A stretch of 64,000 bases of DNA, from contig CAWKBC010000029.1 in NCBI GenBank assembly GCA_963847705.1, positions 97,278 through 161,277 on the forward strand, given 5' to 3'. Shown one piece after another: positions 45,476-55,188 of this stretch; the stretch's first letter is position 1, and each line of letters starts with the position of its first letter. The notes under the pieces were generated by a model, which searched no databases, was not told the DNA's origin, and saw nothing but the letters and a program-made list of their open reading frames with translations. Position numbers and translations under genes: made by a program. This stretch comes from an uncultured Pseudomonadota bacterium (GTDB lineage Bacteria; Myxococcota_A; Polyangia; Fen-1088).

Positions 45476-47968
45476 TCACTTGGCTGGGTGGTAGTTCCAA
45501 CTGAACAGCAGGGGCCCAAACCCCCAATAAGACGCAGCCGGATCGTAGTTCATGGGAATCCCCGCCGCTGTAGCAAACCAGTGCGCGAAGTAGTTGCTGT
45601 TGGTTCCCGACCAATCGTACGTCAGCTTCTGGGCATTGAACGGATCGATAAGTGCTTGAAAATCCTGGAGCACAACGGGCGCGGATCCGTGAAAGAAGAC
45701 CGGTGTGCCTGGGGGGTTCTCGTTAACGAAATGTTTGGCCGCATCTCCCACTGTATCATACTTGTTGGCAGTAGCATAGAGAGTGCCCCCCTGCCCGTTC
45801 TTGTCGCACCCGGAGCATCCGGCCTCGATGAGAACGGCTGTGCCATCGTCCGTCTCAATTATCCAGCCGGCGTGTGATGCGTCGAAGAACGAGACGATGA
45901 GCTGCTTCCACCACACGAACGAGGACGAGTCGATCTGGCGCGACATCAAGAGCGCAGTGCCGGTCCTCGGGATAAGGCCGTTGCAAGCTGGGTCACCGGT
46001 CTTACAAGCTATGAACGTGCCGTCGTGCTTCTTCGCCGCGTCGGCCCCCTCGCCGTTGCCCTGCGACAGCTGAATCACCTTCTGTAGGCCCAGCGTTGCG
46101 GCCCCCTCCCCAGCGCTAAGGAGCGCGGCCCCCAGAAGATCGTAACCTGAGACGTCTCTTCCGGACAGCCCCTCGGACCAGGCGGTCACGTACGCGGCCG
46201 ACGCCGACCCGAAAATAAGGTTGGCCAGTGGGCTGCCGCCAGGCCCCCCGAACTCTACGCCGCCTACGAATCCCAGGCCGAGCCCGAGCGCAGTCGTAAA
46301 CAACGTTTGGGCAACTCCCGCCCCATCCGATATTGCGATAGCGGCATTGAGTGCCGCAAATTCCAGTCCAAGGGCCAAGCAGCCGACCTCGGTGGTTGCA
46401 CACGCCACTATGGACGCGGCTACCTCAATATCGGTGAGCGGATTGCCGAAGACAAACTCGAAGTAGTTGCCGAGCTTGCTCCAGAAGTAGCCCGTCGGGT
46501 CGTTGTACCGGAGGGGGTTATTCCCGACGTAACTGTAACGGTTGTAGTTCTGAAGGTCGTCTGTGAACTGGACATTCGGATCTGGTGAGAGAAAGCGAGC
46601 GAGCACGGGGTCATACACCCGCCCATTCATGTTCACGAGGCCGACGTCCGGGATCTGCTCTTGTCCCGTGAATTCGCGGTCTCCGGGCGGCAGGGGGAAC
46701 GACGCCGGATCCGCGAGCGTCCCGTCGGGATTCCGCCGGGCCCCCCATGCGTCATAGCTCAAGACGGTGGCGCTGGTTCCAGCGGACTGGACGCTGGCAA
46801 CCCGGCCATTGTCGTCGCTCATGGAGGACACGGAGCCGAGGTGATCGAAGCTGTAGTACTTGCTGTCGGTCGGCTGCCCGTTATCGTCCAGAACGCGGAG
46901 CGCGAAAGCATTGTCGTTGTGGAGGTTGCCCGCGTAGATGAAATGTACATTCTTGGGTGTGGCACCGGGAGTCGTCGTTCGCTCGTAGAGACTCTTTCCC
47001 GTGGCTCCCAGACCGACGTACACCGTCCGCGTCGTGACCCCTCCACTCGTCGCGGTCTGAAGGACGCGGTTCCCGTCGGCGCCGTACGCGAAACCGACGC
47101 TGGCGCCGCCGCTGCCGACGGTTTCGATGGTCGTCACCTTGTTCGACGGGTTGTAGCCCACCGAACGGCTCCCGTTCGAAGTCAGGTTGCCATTGTCGTC
47201 GTAGGCGTAGGCCGTGCCATTTCCCACGGTGCAGACGGCGTGTGGTCCGGCCGTGCGGCCTCCTGCCTGACAGCCCGAGCCGTAGGTGTAGTTGTTGTTG
47301 TCCTTCTGGGTTAGGTTGCCCACGTTGTCGTAGACATAGGATTTACTGACGGGCCCCGAAGACGTGAAGGTCACGGCGTTCGTGAGTCGGTTCGTGAGGT
47401 CGTAAGCGAAACTCTCTTGCGAGATGTTTCCGCTGGCGGCGTCGTTCCGGTTTCGATTCAACAGGTTGCCGATCTCGTCGTACCCGTACCCCTGACTCTG
47501 GATCACGTTGTCGTGGTCTGCGTGGGCCGTCCCTGTCGATGCCATCAGCCATCCGGTGATCGAGTTGCGCGTTGAAGCGATCTCGACGCCGTTCTTCATC
47601 TGCTCGTCGATGACCTGGCCGAGAACATTCTCGGCCTTCGCCTGCCACAGCACCGAATAGTCCGTCGACTCGTCGGTCAGGTACTGAAGGTAGCCCGAGC
47701 TCGTATAGTGATAGCCGACCGCAAGCTGGCTGGTGTTCACCACAGGGTAACGAATCAAGCTCTGCCGCCCCAAGCCGTCGTACTGGTAGGAGGTCGCGAA
47801 GGAGGTGCCGTCGGCGCACTCGTCAACCTCTTGCAAATCACCCAGCGGCGTATAGACGTATGACTTGACGGCTACCTGGCCGCCGTTACCCGGCGCGCCT
47901 TGGGAGAAAACAAAGACCCCGATTTTCGATGAAATCCTCGGCAGGCAAGACTCTCCTTCTTCGAGCAT
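45476..47968 (-). CDS. RHS repeat-associated core protein, N-terminally truncated, with a C-terminal polymorphic toxin domain
   Basis: YD/RHS repeats (YQYDGLGRQ, YGYDEIGNL, YAYDDNGNL, ...). Core-end motif RYSYVGNNPLRYNDPTGYF at about 46481-46540. About 335 aa of C-terminal tip follow. The ORF is only 830 aa, with no N-terminal secretion or PAAR-type region. Confidence 0.8.
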   Translation of the reverse strand: MLEEGESCLPRISSKIGVFVFSQGAPGNGGQVAVKSYVYTPLGDLQEVDECADGTSFATSYQYDGLGRQSLIRYPVVNTSQLAVGYHYTSSGYLQYLTDESTDYSVLWQAKAENVLGQVIDEQMKNGVEIASTRNSITGWLMASTGTAHADHDNVIQSQGYGYDEIGNLLNRNRNDAASGNISQESFAYDLTNRLTNAVTFTSSGPVSKSYVYDNVGNLTQKDNNNYTYGSGCQAGGRTAGPHAVCTVGNGTAYAYDDNGNLTSNGSRSVGYNPSNKVTTIETVGSGGASVGFAYGADGNRVLQTATSGGVTTRTVYVGLGATGKSLYERTTTPGATPKNVHFIYAGNLHNDNAFALRVLDDNGQPTDSKYYSFDHLGSVSSMSDDNGRVASVQSAGTSATVLSYDAWGARRNPDGTLADPASFPLPPGDREFTGQEQIPDVGLVNMNGRVYDPVLARFLSPDPNVQFTDDLQNYNRYSYVGNNPLRYNDPTGYFWSKLGNYFEFVFGNPLTDIEVAASIVACATTEVGCLALGLEFAALNAAIAISDGAGVAQTLFTTALGLGLGFVGGVEFGGPGGSPLANLIFGSASAAYVTAWSEGLSGRDVSGYDLLGAALLSAGEGAATLGLQKVIQLSQGNGEGADAAKKHDGTFIACKTGDPACNGLIPRTGTALLMSRQIDSSSFVWWKQLIVSFFDASHAGWIIETDDGTAVLIEAGCSGCDKNGQGGTLYATANKYDTVGDAAKHFVNENPPGTPVFFHGSAPVVLQDFQALIDPFNAQKLTYDWSGTNSNYFAHWFATAAGIPMNYDPAASYWGFGPLLFSWNYHPAK

Positions 47969-48240
47969 ACGGGTGAAGAGGAAGCGTCTTGGTAGGGGTC
48001 GGGCGGTCGGGATGGCGCGTCTCGGCCAGGAACGACCTCCAGTGCGCTTGCAAAGTGGTGTAGAGGACGATCTCTTCTGGGGCGGTACCGGTCATAGCTG
48101 CCAGGAGGGAGACGAGGCGCCCCTCGGCGCGGCACCAGGCGCGGCCACCCCGATTCATCGGAAGCGAGCCGACCAAGGTTTCGTCCTTGGCCGCGGTACC
48201 GCCCCGAATGGGTCCCGCGCCCGGTACAGTGGCGACGCTG

Positions 48241-50250
48241 CTAGCGTCCGGGGCCAAACCGCGCGAGAGGGTCGCCAAGCGGTAGGCGTTCTGGCTCGTC
48301 GCGATGGCGCCCTTCGAGCCTGCGCAATCGGTCGTCCTGCCGTCTGAGGTGTTCAGCGAGGCGGTCTCCTGGCACACCAAACGCAACGGCCGCCGTCCGC
48401 TTCGCGTACGCATCCCAATCGCGCATCTCGTCTGGCCGAACAGCAGGCGCGGCCTCCTTGATCGCCCGCACGATCTCGCCCCGGTGGTGGCCAGTAAGGC
48501 GCATGCGGACAGCGATCTCGGCATCGACCCGCGACGGGTGGATGGGCTGACCTGGGTGCTCCCGGGTGACATCCGCGAGGTGACGCCGATAGACCGCCGC
48601 CGCCGTGCGAGTCTCCGCTATCCCGGCCGGTCGGCGATCGCGATCCGTCCGGTGCTCTCTTGCGGGTGTGCGAATCCGCTCCCGCTCCGCGGCAAGGGCA
48701 TGCTGGAGCTCCGGGTTCGCGATATTGAAGCCGTGCTCTGCAGCCAGTTCGACGCACATTCTCTGGAACAGCTCTTTTCCGCGGACGGTGAAGGCACCCC
48801 ACTTCTGGGCGCTCAGTTGAAGGGCGGCGAGGACGCTTTCCCTTCGGTTGCTGTCATAGATGTCGATCTTCTTACCCCTGTCCGTGAAGGCCGGGGAGGC
48901 GCGCTCGCCGACGCGATGATAGTGGACGTGCCAACCTTCAGCGAGCGCAGCGAACGCCCGGATGTCCTGGGGCGCCGGGCGCTCGAAGGTCAGCCCCTCT
49001 ATGCCGGCCGGCTGTCGTTCTCGATGTCGCCACTCCTGCGCGAGTTCGTGGTCCCTGTGACGCAGCCATTCCTCGTAGCTCGGGAACCGTCCCAGTTCCC
49101 TTTGCGGCTCGCCGCACTCCAGTTTTTGGCGATCACGCTGCTCCGCCCTTTCCTGCGCCTGACGGGCGGCGAGCATGCTCCGGGCCGCGTTGAGGAGCGC
49201 CCCACGACCTTTCCACGACCCGCGGAAGATCTCGGTCCGCTCCCGCCGATGCCGGGCGGCCATGCGTCTCCCGTCCTCCCGCTGCTGCTCCCGGTGAGCC
49301 CCACGCTCTCCGTAGTGACGGCCACGCGCCTCGATGTACTGCTTCCAGCCATAAGCGCTCGGTGTGATCGGCTCTGGAGTTCGGAGGGGTGTCATCACCC
49401 TGGCGGCATCCTTCGTCAGCTCGAACTCTCCGAGGCGCTTCTGCAGCGCCGACATCGAGCAGTCGCGGCCGGCGCTGCTGGCCTTCACCGGCTGATCGCC
49501 GACCCACAGAATCGCTCCCGAGCCCTTCCTCTCGAAGCGCATTCCCTTCTCGGCCAAGACCTCATGCATCTCCCTCCAGCTCCGAGCCGCGCGGATAGCG
49601 GGCGCTCCGTCCTCGATGGCCACCCGCTCGGCGCTCCGCGCGCCCACCCGCTCTTCGAAATTGCGGGCTCGGGCGGACGGTTTGCGTTCTTCCTCGCCGC
49701 GCGGTCGATCGCGCTCAACGCGCCCGTCCTCCTGCACCCGGAACAGACCGCGGTCCTCCCTCTGCCACCCCTGAGAGTTCTCGATGCGAGCGATCGCCCG
49801 GTGGGCGACCTCGTGGTCGAACCCGTTGTTCACGGTGGCTAGCTTCTCGGTCTCTGGGTGAACACGGTTGACGGCCATGTGGAGGTGCCAGTTCTCCGTG
49901 TCGCGGTGCAGCCCGTAGAGCGCCTGGTGCTCGGCCAAGCCCATCTCATCCAGGAACATCCTCGCCGCCTGATCAGCCTGGGCCGACGTCGGCTGCTCTC
50001 CCTCCTTCCAGCTCATGATCCAGTGCTGTACTGGCTGGGGGCTGCCCATGGCCAGGTCCGCCAAGTCGATCATCTCCTGCACCTGTTCCTCGTGATCGAG
50101 GTTCAGGAGGTTCAGGGAGCCCCGGTGCTCCACCTTCTCACCAGCGCCGCCGGCACCGGGGCCGGCGATGTAGTCGGCCAGGGCGCGCACGTGGGCAGCC
50201 TTGCTCTTGGGCGCCCCGACCTTCGATCGCGCGACCTTCTTGACGATCAG
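48241..50250 (-). CDS. traI: IncP TraI-type relaxase (MobP family)
   Basis: LIVKKVARSK...ALADYIAG (catalytic Tyr region), HWIMSW, HRDTENWHLHMAVNRVHP (HxH motif), colinear with RP4 TraI from memory. The longest canonical start (GTG 50190) would remove the conserved N-terminus, so the start is placed at CTG 50250 / ATC 50247. Confidence 0.75.
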   Translation of the reverse strand: MIVKKVARSKVGAPKSKAAHVRALADYIAGPGAGGAGEKVEHRGSLNLLNLDHEEQVQEMIDLADLAMGSPQPVQHWIMSWKEGEQPTSAQADQAARMFLDEMGLAEHQALYGLHRDTENWHLHMAVNRVHPETEKLATVNNGFDHEVAHRAIARIENSQGWQREDRGLFRVQEDGRVERDRPRGEEERKPSARARNFEERVGARSAERVAIEDGAPAIRAARSWREMHEVLAEKGMRFERKGSGAILWVGDQPVKASSAGRDCSMSALQKRLGEFELTKDAARVMTPLRTPEPITPSAYGWKQYIEARGRHYGERGAHREQQREDGRRMAARHRRERTEIFRGSWKGRGALLNAARSMLAARQAQERAEQRDRQKLECGEPQRELGRFPSYEEWLRHRDHELAQEWRHRERQPAGIEGLTFERPAPQDIRAFAALAEGWHVHYHRVGERASPAFTDRGKKIDIYDSNRRESVLAALQLSAQKWGAFTVRGKELFQRMCVELAAEHGFNIANPELQHALAAERERIRTPAREHRTDRDRRPAGIAETRTAAAVYRRHLADVTREHPGQPIHPSRVDAEIAVRMRLTGHHRGEIVRAIKEAAPAVRPDEMRDWDAYAKRTAAVAFGVPGDRLAEHLRRQDDRLRRLEGRHRDEPERLPLGDPLARFGPGR

Positions 50251-50570
50251 GACGCGCCTCCGTCGCCGACCGCGAGGCGGGCAATGGCGGCGCGCAAGCC
50301 GGCTAGTGCGGCAGCTGTCTCACGGCTGTAAGCGCCACAGCTCTCGCCGTGGACCAGCTTGAGCAGGCCACCCAGGCGCCGCAGCTCACGGATGGTCGTC
50401 GCGTCGGTACGCGATACGACGGGCCGGCCCAAAGCGCGCGCCCGCACGAGCTCCGCGACCGCAACGCCCGCGGTATCGGCTACCTCGCGGAGCCTGGCCT
50501 TCTCGGCGGGCGCCACGCGCACGTCGAGACGCACCGTGAGCCCGGAGGCACCCTTCTTAGCGAATGGCAT
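50247..50570 (-). CDS. traJ: TraJ/MobC-family relaxosome accessory protein
   Basis: ATG 50570: MPFAKKGASGLTVRLDVRVAPAEKARLREVADTAGVAVAELVRARALG...LRRLGGLLKLV, like RP4 TraJ (LGRLGGLLKLW). Confidence 0.7.
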   Translation of the reverse strand: MPFAKKGASGLTVRLDVRVAPAEKARLREVADTAGVAVAELVRARALGRPVVSRTDATTIRELRRLGGLLKLVHGESCGAYSRETAAALAGLRAAIARLAVGDGGAS

Positions 50571-50696
50571 CGGCGTCGCTTCCGATCTGACTGCTGCGAG
50601 AAGCGAATGCGCCGAGCAGCTCCGGGGCCGCCTCTGACGGCGCCTCGAACGAGAGAAGCGAAGCGCCGAGCGGTCGGGGCGTCGCGGGGCTTGGGA

Positions 50697-50745
50697 GGAC
50701 ACGTGCGGCGCCAGCCGCATGTGTCCGGACAAGCCCCCATCCTGC
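50697..50745 (+). promoter_or_regulatory. candidate oriT: imperfect 13-bp inverted repeat plus an IncP-type nick consensus ATCCTGC
   Basis: ggacacgtgcggc (50697-50709) / gccgcatgtgtcc (50714-50726), 12 of 13 bases complementary. ATCCTGC follows at 50739-50745. It lies in the traJ-traK divergent intergenic region. Confidence 0.55.
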
Positions 50746-51048
50746 TATCCGCCTCCCCCCACTCGGTGATGGCAGCGGTGAATGCGCGTTCGTCACCATC
50801 TTCTAATCGGCCAGATGCAACGAGATGTTTCTGCCAGCGGTGGCTCTTGGCCTTCGGTGGCAGGGCTGAACGCAGCTAACGGATCGGCGGTAGGAGAAAA
50901 GGATCCGCAGTGGCGACCCTCGTCACGTCGCTCCGGTGGCCGGATCCACATCGGAGAGGAAACATTGCTCGTCGTCTGGCCGATAAGTCATTGAGAGCCG
51001 AAACGCAGATTCCTGTCCTGCGGCTCGAGGAATTAACCGGAGACACCC

Positions 51049-51456
51049 ATGACGTACACGCTCGAACAGACCGAGGGAATGGTGAGCGCGCTCCGCGCTC
51101 TGCCGGCGATGGACAGCTCGACACGCAGGCTGACCAAACAGGCGGTGGTCAAACGCCTGGCACGGGAGATCGCAGCCCTGCAAACCCGCGGATACACCAT
51201 TGAGAAAATCGTCGGATGCCTACACGGCATCGGACTCGAGATCACCACTCCGACGCTGAAGAGCTATCTGCAGAGGGTCAAGAAACGGCGTGGCACCGAC
51301 GCGCCCAAGAGGCAGAGCCGTCGCGTGTCGGCGGCTACGCCGCCGACGCGCGAGCGGGAGACGCCGGCACCCGCGGTGACGGAGCCGAAGGCCGACGGGG
51401 CCGCACAACGGAGCGGCAAGGATGCATTCCTCGTGAAGGACAAAGACACCTACTAA
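51049..51456 (+). CDS. traK: TraK-like oriT-binding protein
   Basis: 135 aa. ...RLAREIAALQTRGYTIEKIVGCLHGIGLEITTPTLKSYLQRVKKRR then a Pro/Ala-rich tail ending AFLVKDKDTY. Layout and position resemble RP4 TraK. Confidence 0.55.
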   Translation: MTYTLEQTEGMVSALRALPAMDSSTRRLTKQAVVKRLAREIAALQTRGYTIEKIVGCLHGIGLEITTPTLKSYLQRVKKRRGTDAPKRQSRRVSAATPPTRERETPAPAVTEPKADGAAQRSGKDAFLVKDKDTY

Positions 51457-51470
51457 CGAAAGGATCGGAC

Positions 51471-52154
51471 ATGTCGAAATCAATCCTTCTGGTCGGCGGT
51501 GGCAAGGGCGGAGTCGGCAAATCGCTGCTCTCGATGACCGTCGTGGACTACCTGGATGGCGCCGGAAGCGGACCATTCCTGGTCGAGACGGATACCTCCG
51601 TCCCCGACGTCTACAAGACTTACAAGGACGCTGTCGGTGGCGAGTTGGTGAACCTCGATGAACGCGAAGGTTGGATCGACCTGGTGAATCTGGTCGAGAG
51701 CAAGCCGGAAAGCACCATCGTCATCAACACGGGGGCACGCAATCAGACCGGCATCAGCAACTTCGGCAGGACCCTCGGGAAGGCGTTGCCGCAGCTAAAG
51801 AGGAAGCTCGTCGTCCTCTGGCTGATAGATCGAAAACGGGAGAGCCTGGAACTGCTGGCGGATTTCACGGAGGCACTCCCGGAGGCAGAGATGCACGTCG
51901 TCCGGAACATGTACCTAGGGACGGAAAGGAAGTTCGAGCTCTACAACGGCTCGAAGATGAAGGCGACGATCGAGAAGTCAGGGGGCAAGTCACTGAACTT
52001 CCCGGAGCTGGCGGATCGGGTCACGGACGCGATGAACAAAGGACGGCTGACGATCGCGAAGGCCTCTGTGGAGCTGTCGCTGGGGGATCGGATGGAGCTG
52101 GAACGGTGGCGGGAGGAATGCAGGGTGATGCTCACGGAGGCAATCCGTGAGTGA
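51471..52154 (+). CDS. traL: TraL-like P-loop ATPase (ParA/MinD fold)
   Basis: ATG 51471 after AAAGGA. MSKSILLVGGGKGGVGKSLLSMTVVDYL...FLVETDTSVPDVYKTYK. Same position as RP4 traL. Confidence 0.7.
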   Translation: MSKSILLVGGGKGGVGKSLLSMTVVDYLDGAGSGPFLVETDTSVPDVYKTYKDAVGGELVNLDEREGWIDLVNLVESKPESTIVINTGARNQTGISNFGRTLGKALPQLKRKLVVLWLIDRKRESLELLADFTEALPEAEMHVVRNMYLGTERKFELYNGSKMKATIEKSGGKSLNFPELADRVTDAMNKGRLTIAKASVELSLGDRMELERWREECRVMLTEAIRE

Positions 52155-52794
52155 GTTGGATGACAGCTTCGCGGCGCTTCTGGGGAGGCAACCGAGCGAC
52201 CGCGAGCGGCAAAATCTCTACCGGGTCCGCGACGCTCTGAAGCTCAAGAACAACGACGCCGTATGGCTGCTGCTGATGGCGCTCGAACACTACGACACGC
52301 GCTACAGCCAATATCCCGCGTACATGGTGGCGGCTGCGAAGGAGATCACCAAGGACGTCCGAGAGACGGCTCTGGCGCAAGCTCGCGCCGCCACGGCGGA
52401 GACGACTAAGGCCCTCGCGCACGCGGTGGCGGCAGCCGCCACTGCATCGGCCAAGAAGGCAGCCGGAGCGCAGATGTTGAAGTGGGCCACGGGTTGCTTC
52501 CTGGCGGCGCTGGGATGCATCTCGACGATCGGTTGGTGGGCACACGGCAGGGGTCATCGGGCGGGGTACGCCGTCGGGTACGAGGCAGCCAGAGACAAAT
52601 ACGAGAATGCCGCTGCGATAGCGTCGTGGGCGAACACCCCGGAAGGACGGCTCGCGTACGGGCTCGCGAAGGGAGGCGGCCTCCGCGAACTCGCAACGTG
52701 CTCCGGCCACGGATGGGTGGAGCGAGAGGGAATGTGCTACCCGAGTAATAAGACGCACGGCTGGCGGTTACCCGCGGGCTCCCCCGACCAATAG
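52147..52794 (+). CDS. TraM-position membrane protein (relaxosome/leader operon), weak similarity
   Basis: GTG 52147 overlaps the traL stop. N-terminal NNDAVWLLLMALEHY resembles RP4 TraM RDDPILILQTMNDRLL. One TM (CFLAALGCISTIGWW). Confidence 0.45.
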   Translation: MSELDDSFAALLGRQPSDRERQNLYRVRDALKLKNNDAVWLLLMALEHYDTRYSQYPAYMVAAAKEITKDVRETALAQARAATAETTKALAHAVAAAATASAKKAAGAQMLKWATGCFLAALGCISTIGWWAHGRGHRAGYAVGYEAARDKYENAAAIASWANTPEGRLAYGLAKGGGLRELATCSGHGWVEREGMCYPSNKTHGWRLPAGSPDQ

Positions 52795-52948
52795 CTAGAG
52801 CGCCGCTTGGGCGGGTGACTCGTCGAAGGCTCTCGCCGCGAGTACCAGCGGACCACGCCGGGCTGGTTTCGCGCAGATCGGGCCGGTGCTTCCTAACCGC
52901 GGCGGATCCTCGAGAATGAGACCGCGGTGGGTCGAGTTTACGGACGCT

Positions 52949-53488
52949 CTATGAGCGTGTGACGGTCACCGTCCCGGTCACGCCCTGACCGGTGACATAG
53001 AGGGAGGTATTCATGACCGTTCCATCGCGAAGCAACGACGCCTCGATTTGATAAGAATCAACCCACAGTTCAAGCGAGCCCCCGTCGAACGTCGTCCCGA
53101 AGACGATGAAGTCCCCGGAGAGTGGAGCGTTCATCAGCGACGGATCGCCGGAGATGAAGGTGATTGCCAGAGGCATCGAGCTGATGTCTTCGCAGGCGGC
53201 TGCGCTCTTGACCAGCGTCCGGCTACCACAGGCTTGGGCCGCGCGGATCAACGAGCGCCCCGACGCCTGTGCAGTCGCACCCGGCGGGTTGTCCGCCTCG
53301 TCGAACCGAACGGTCATCGCGGTCGACGTACCACCGTTGGGCGTGATGGTGAACGTCCAGTTCCCGGTGATCGCCGCTACCATCTCGGTCGCGCCGTACT
53401 GAAACTGCGGCTCGTCAGGGCTGGCGCAACCGAGGTTGGGATTGAGCAAGAAGGCCGCGATAGGGACAAGCCACAATAAGTTACGCAT
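52949..53488 (-). CDS. lipoprotein, unknown function (IME cargo)
   Basis: MRNLLWLVPIAAFLLNPNLGC lipobox. 179 aa. Confidence 0.5.
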   Translation of the reverse strand: MRNLLWLVPIAAFLLNPNLGCASPDEPQFQYGATEMVAAITGNWTFTITPNGGTSTAMTVRFDEADNPPGATAQASGRSLIRAAQACGSRTLVKSAAACEDISSMPLAITFISGDPSLMNAPLSGDFIVFGTTFDGGSLELWVDSYQIEASLLRDGTVMNTSLYVTGQGVTGTVTVTRS

Positions 53489-53637
53489 GAGCCGATTGTG
53501 CGCTGGCGGGGATCCCGGCGCAACCGCCGCGGGACGACGCCCCGCCCTGTTTCAGGCTTTCTCCGCGAGACGGTGAGTGCCCGCCGGTCTTCCGATACCG
53601 CCCACGCGCCACACCTGGTCCGAAGGATTGGTTCGGG

Positions 53638-54390
53638 TCAGATTGCTTGGCAGGCAATCATTGCAAAGCCACTCGTCTCGCTGCACTGGCACTGCTCCCC
53701 GCATGCGAACCCAGAATTGCAGAAGCAAGCGCAAGTTGGATCGTGTGCGCAAGCGGGTTCCACGCCGGTTTCAAAGGCTCTGCATGACGCAGTCGCTCGG
53801 CCGGTGGTGTTCGGATGCGGGAGGGCGATGTAGCAATAGGTCTGCCCGACGACGCAGGTTGGCGGCGAGCCGGCGTCGGGGGCGGCCACCATGCCCCCGT
53901 CCGCCGTGAAGCCGAATCCGCCGGCGCACGCGTAAGGCGTCCCCTGCGCGGCGGCACCGTCCCCGCCGGAAGAGCCGGAGAGCCCAGCGGCACCGCCGGT
54001 CGCTCCCCCGAGGCCGCCGACCCCTCCGGACCCTGAGCTCCCACCAATCCCGCCGCCGCCTCCGGAACCGACGCTCCCGCCGGTCGCGCCTCCGGTGCCG
54101 CCGATGATGCACTGGGATATCGACGGTTCCTCAATCGTGCCCGCGGGGCAGACCCAGGTCCCTGTGCTCGCGCAAATGTAAGGTTCGGTCACAGGGTCGT
54201 GGTCTACGAGCGCCAGGCAGCAGACGCTCGACAGGAGGGTCTTAGGGCAGACACTCGAGCCGCCGCTCCCGCCGCTTCCGCCCGACAAAGAGCTTCCGCA
54301 CCCGATGGTGAAGAGGAGCGCCGCGAGATGGACGACGCGTCCACGGGGACCGCGTTCGAACGATCGGCGACCCGGCACGGAATTAGCCAT
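53638..54390 (-). CDS. Cys-rich lipoprotein with Gly-rich linker, unknown function (IME cargo)
   Basis: HLAALLFTIGC lipobox, GGSGGSGGS and GGTGGATGGSVGSGGGGGIGGSSGSGGVGG linkers, and 20 or more Cys. Confidence 0.5.
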   Translation of the reverse strand: MANSVPGRRSFERGPRGRVVHLAALLFTIGCGSSLSGGSGGSGGSSVCPKTLLSSVCCLALVDHDPVTEPYICASTGTWVCPAGTIEEPSISQCIIGGTGGATGGSVGSGGGGGIGGSSGSGGVGGLGGATGGAAGLSGSSGGDGAAAQGTPYACAGGFGFTADGGMVAAPDAGSPPTCVVGQTYCYIALPHPNTTGRATASCRAFETGVEPACAHDPTCACFCNSGFACGEQCQCSETSGFAMIACQAI

Positions 54391-55188
54391 TTCCGATTGT
54401 GAAGCAACAACCGGACCCGAGATAACCCCCCCGAAACTCCGGGCCCGGCGCCGAGATCAACCGGACAAGCGCCGGCACAACGCGACAGAACTGTCGCGGG
54501 TCCGTGATGAAGCCTGCGGCGACGGAACAACAGGGACGTCTAGGCTCATGCCGCTTTTTACCGCCGACGCCCGTCGCGTCTTCCGATCTCGGCCGGGCAC
54601 TACGCCTGGGTCGAAGGGCTAGGAGCCGCGCACCGATAGCCCCGGCGGAAATCGGGAGCCCCCGCAAAACAAGCGGCTCAATTTCCTGCGAGTTGCCGAG
54701 AAGTTGGACAAAGGCGATCGAAGACCTCACCCCCCCAAAAGAGTTCGTCGCTTTCGCTGTTCAGTTGTCGAGAACTCCGTTTGAAGGACCAGATCTCATG
54801 AGAAACAGGAATAGGACCGGTCTGATCGGTCTCTTCCAAGGTTTTCGAAGGGGAAACACTGGAAAAGAAATGGGAAAGCCGCTTTCCGCCGCCAACCCGG
54901 CATTCCTGTTGACCGCAAGCCGACCCAATCCTCGGCACGGCGGCTGCGACCACTCTCGCCCGGATGAACGGCAGGACGCAGAACGAGGCCTTGCCGGCCG
55001 AGGCTCTCGGAGGCTTGCGACCCCGCTAGGTCAAAAATTCTGCGGTTGGCCGAGAACCCCCGGTGGAAGGAGATTCCCATGAGGACCGGCAACCCAGCTC
55101 GATCTCGCCCGAAGGACGATCACGACGGCCCATCCAAGCAGGGTCGGGGCCATTTCATCCGTTGTTTCGTGAGACGGGGTGAACAGCC

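Noticed and set aside
47886-48572. 228-aa minus-strand ORF overlapping the 3' end of traI
   Set aside because: Most of it is an alternative frame of the relaxase gene. Only the last ~40 codons (47970-48095) show a possible transposase-like motif, which is reported under the RHS finding with low confidence.
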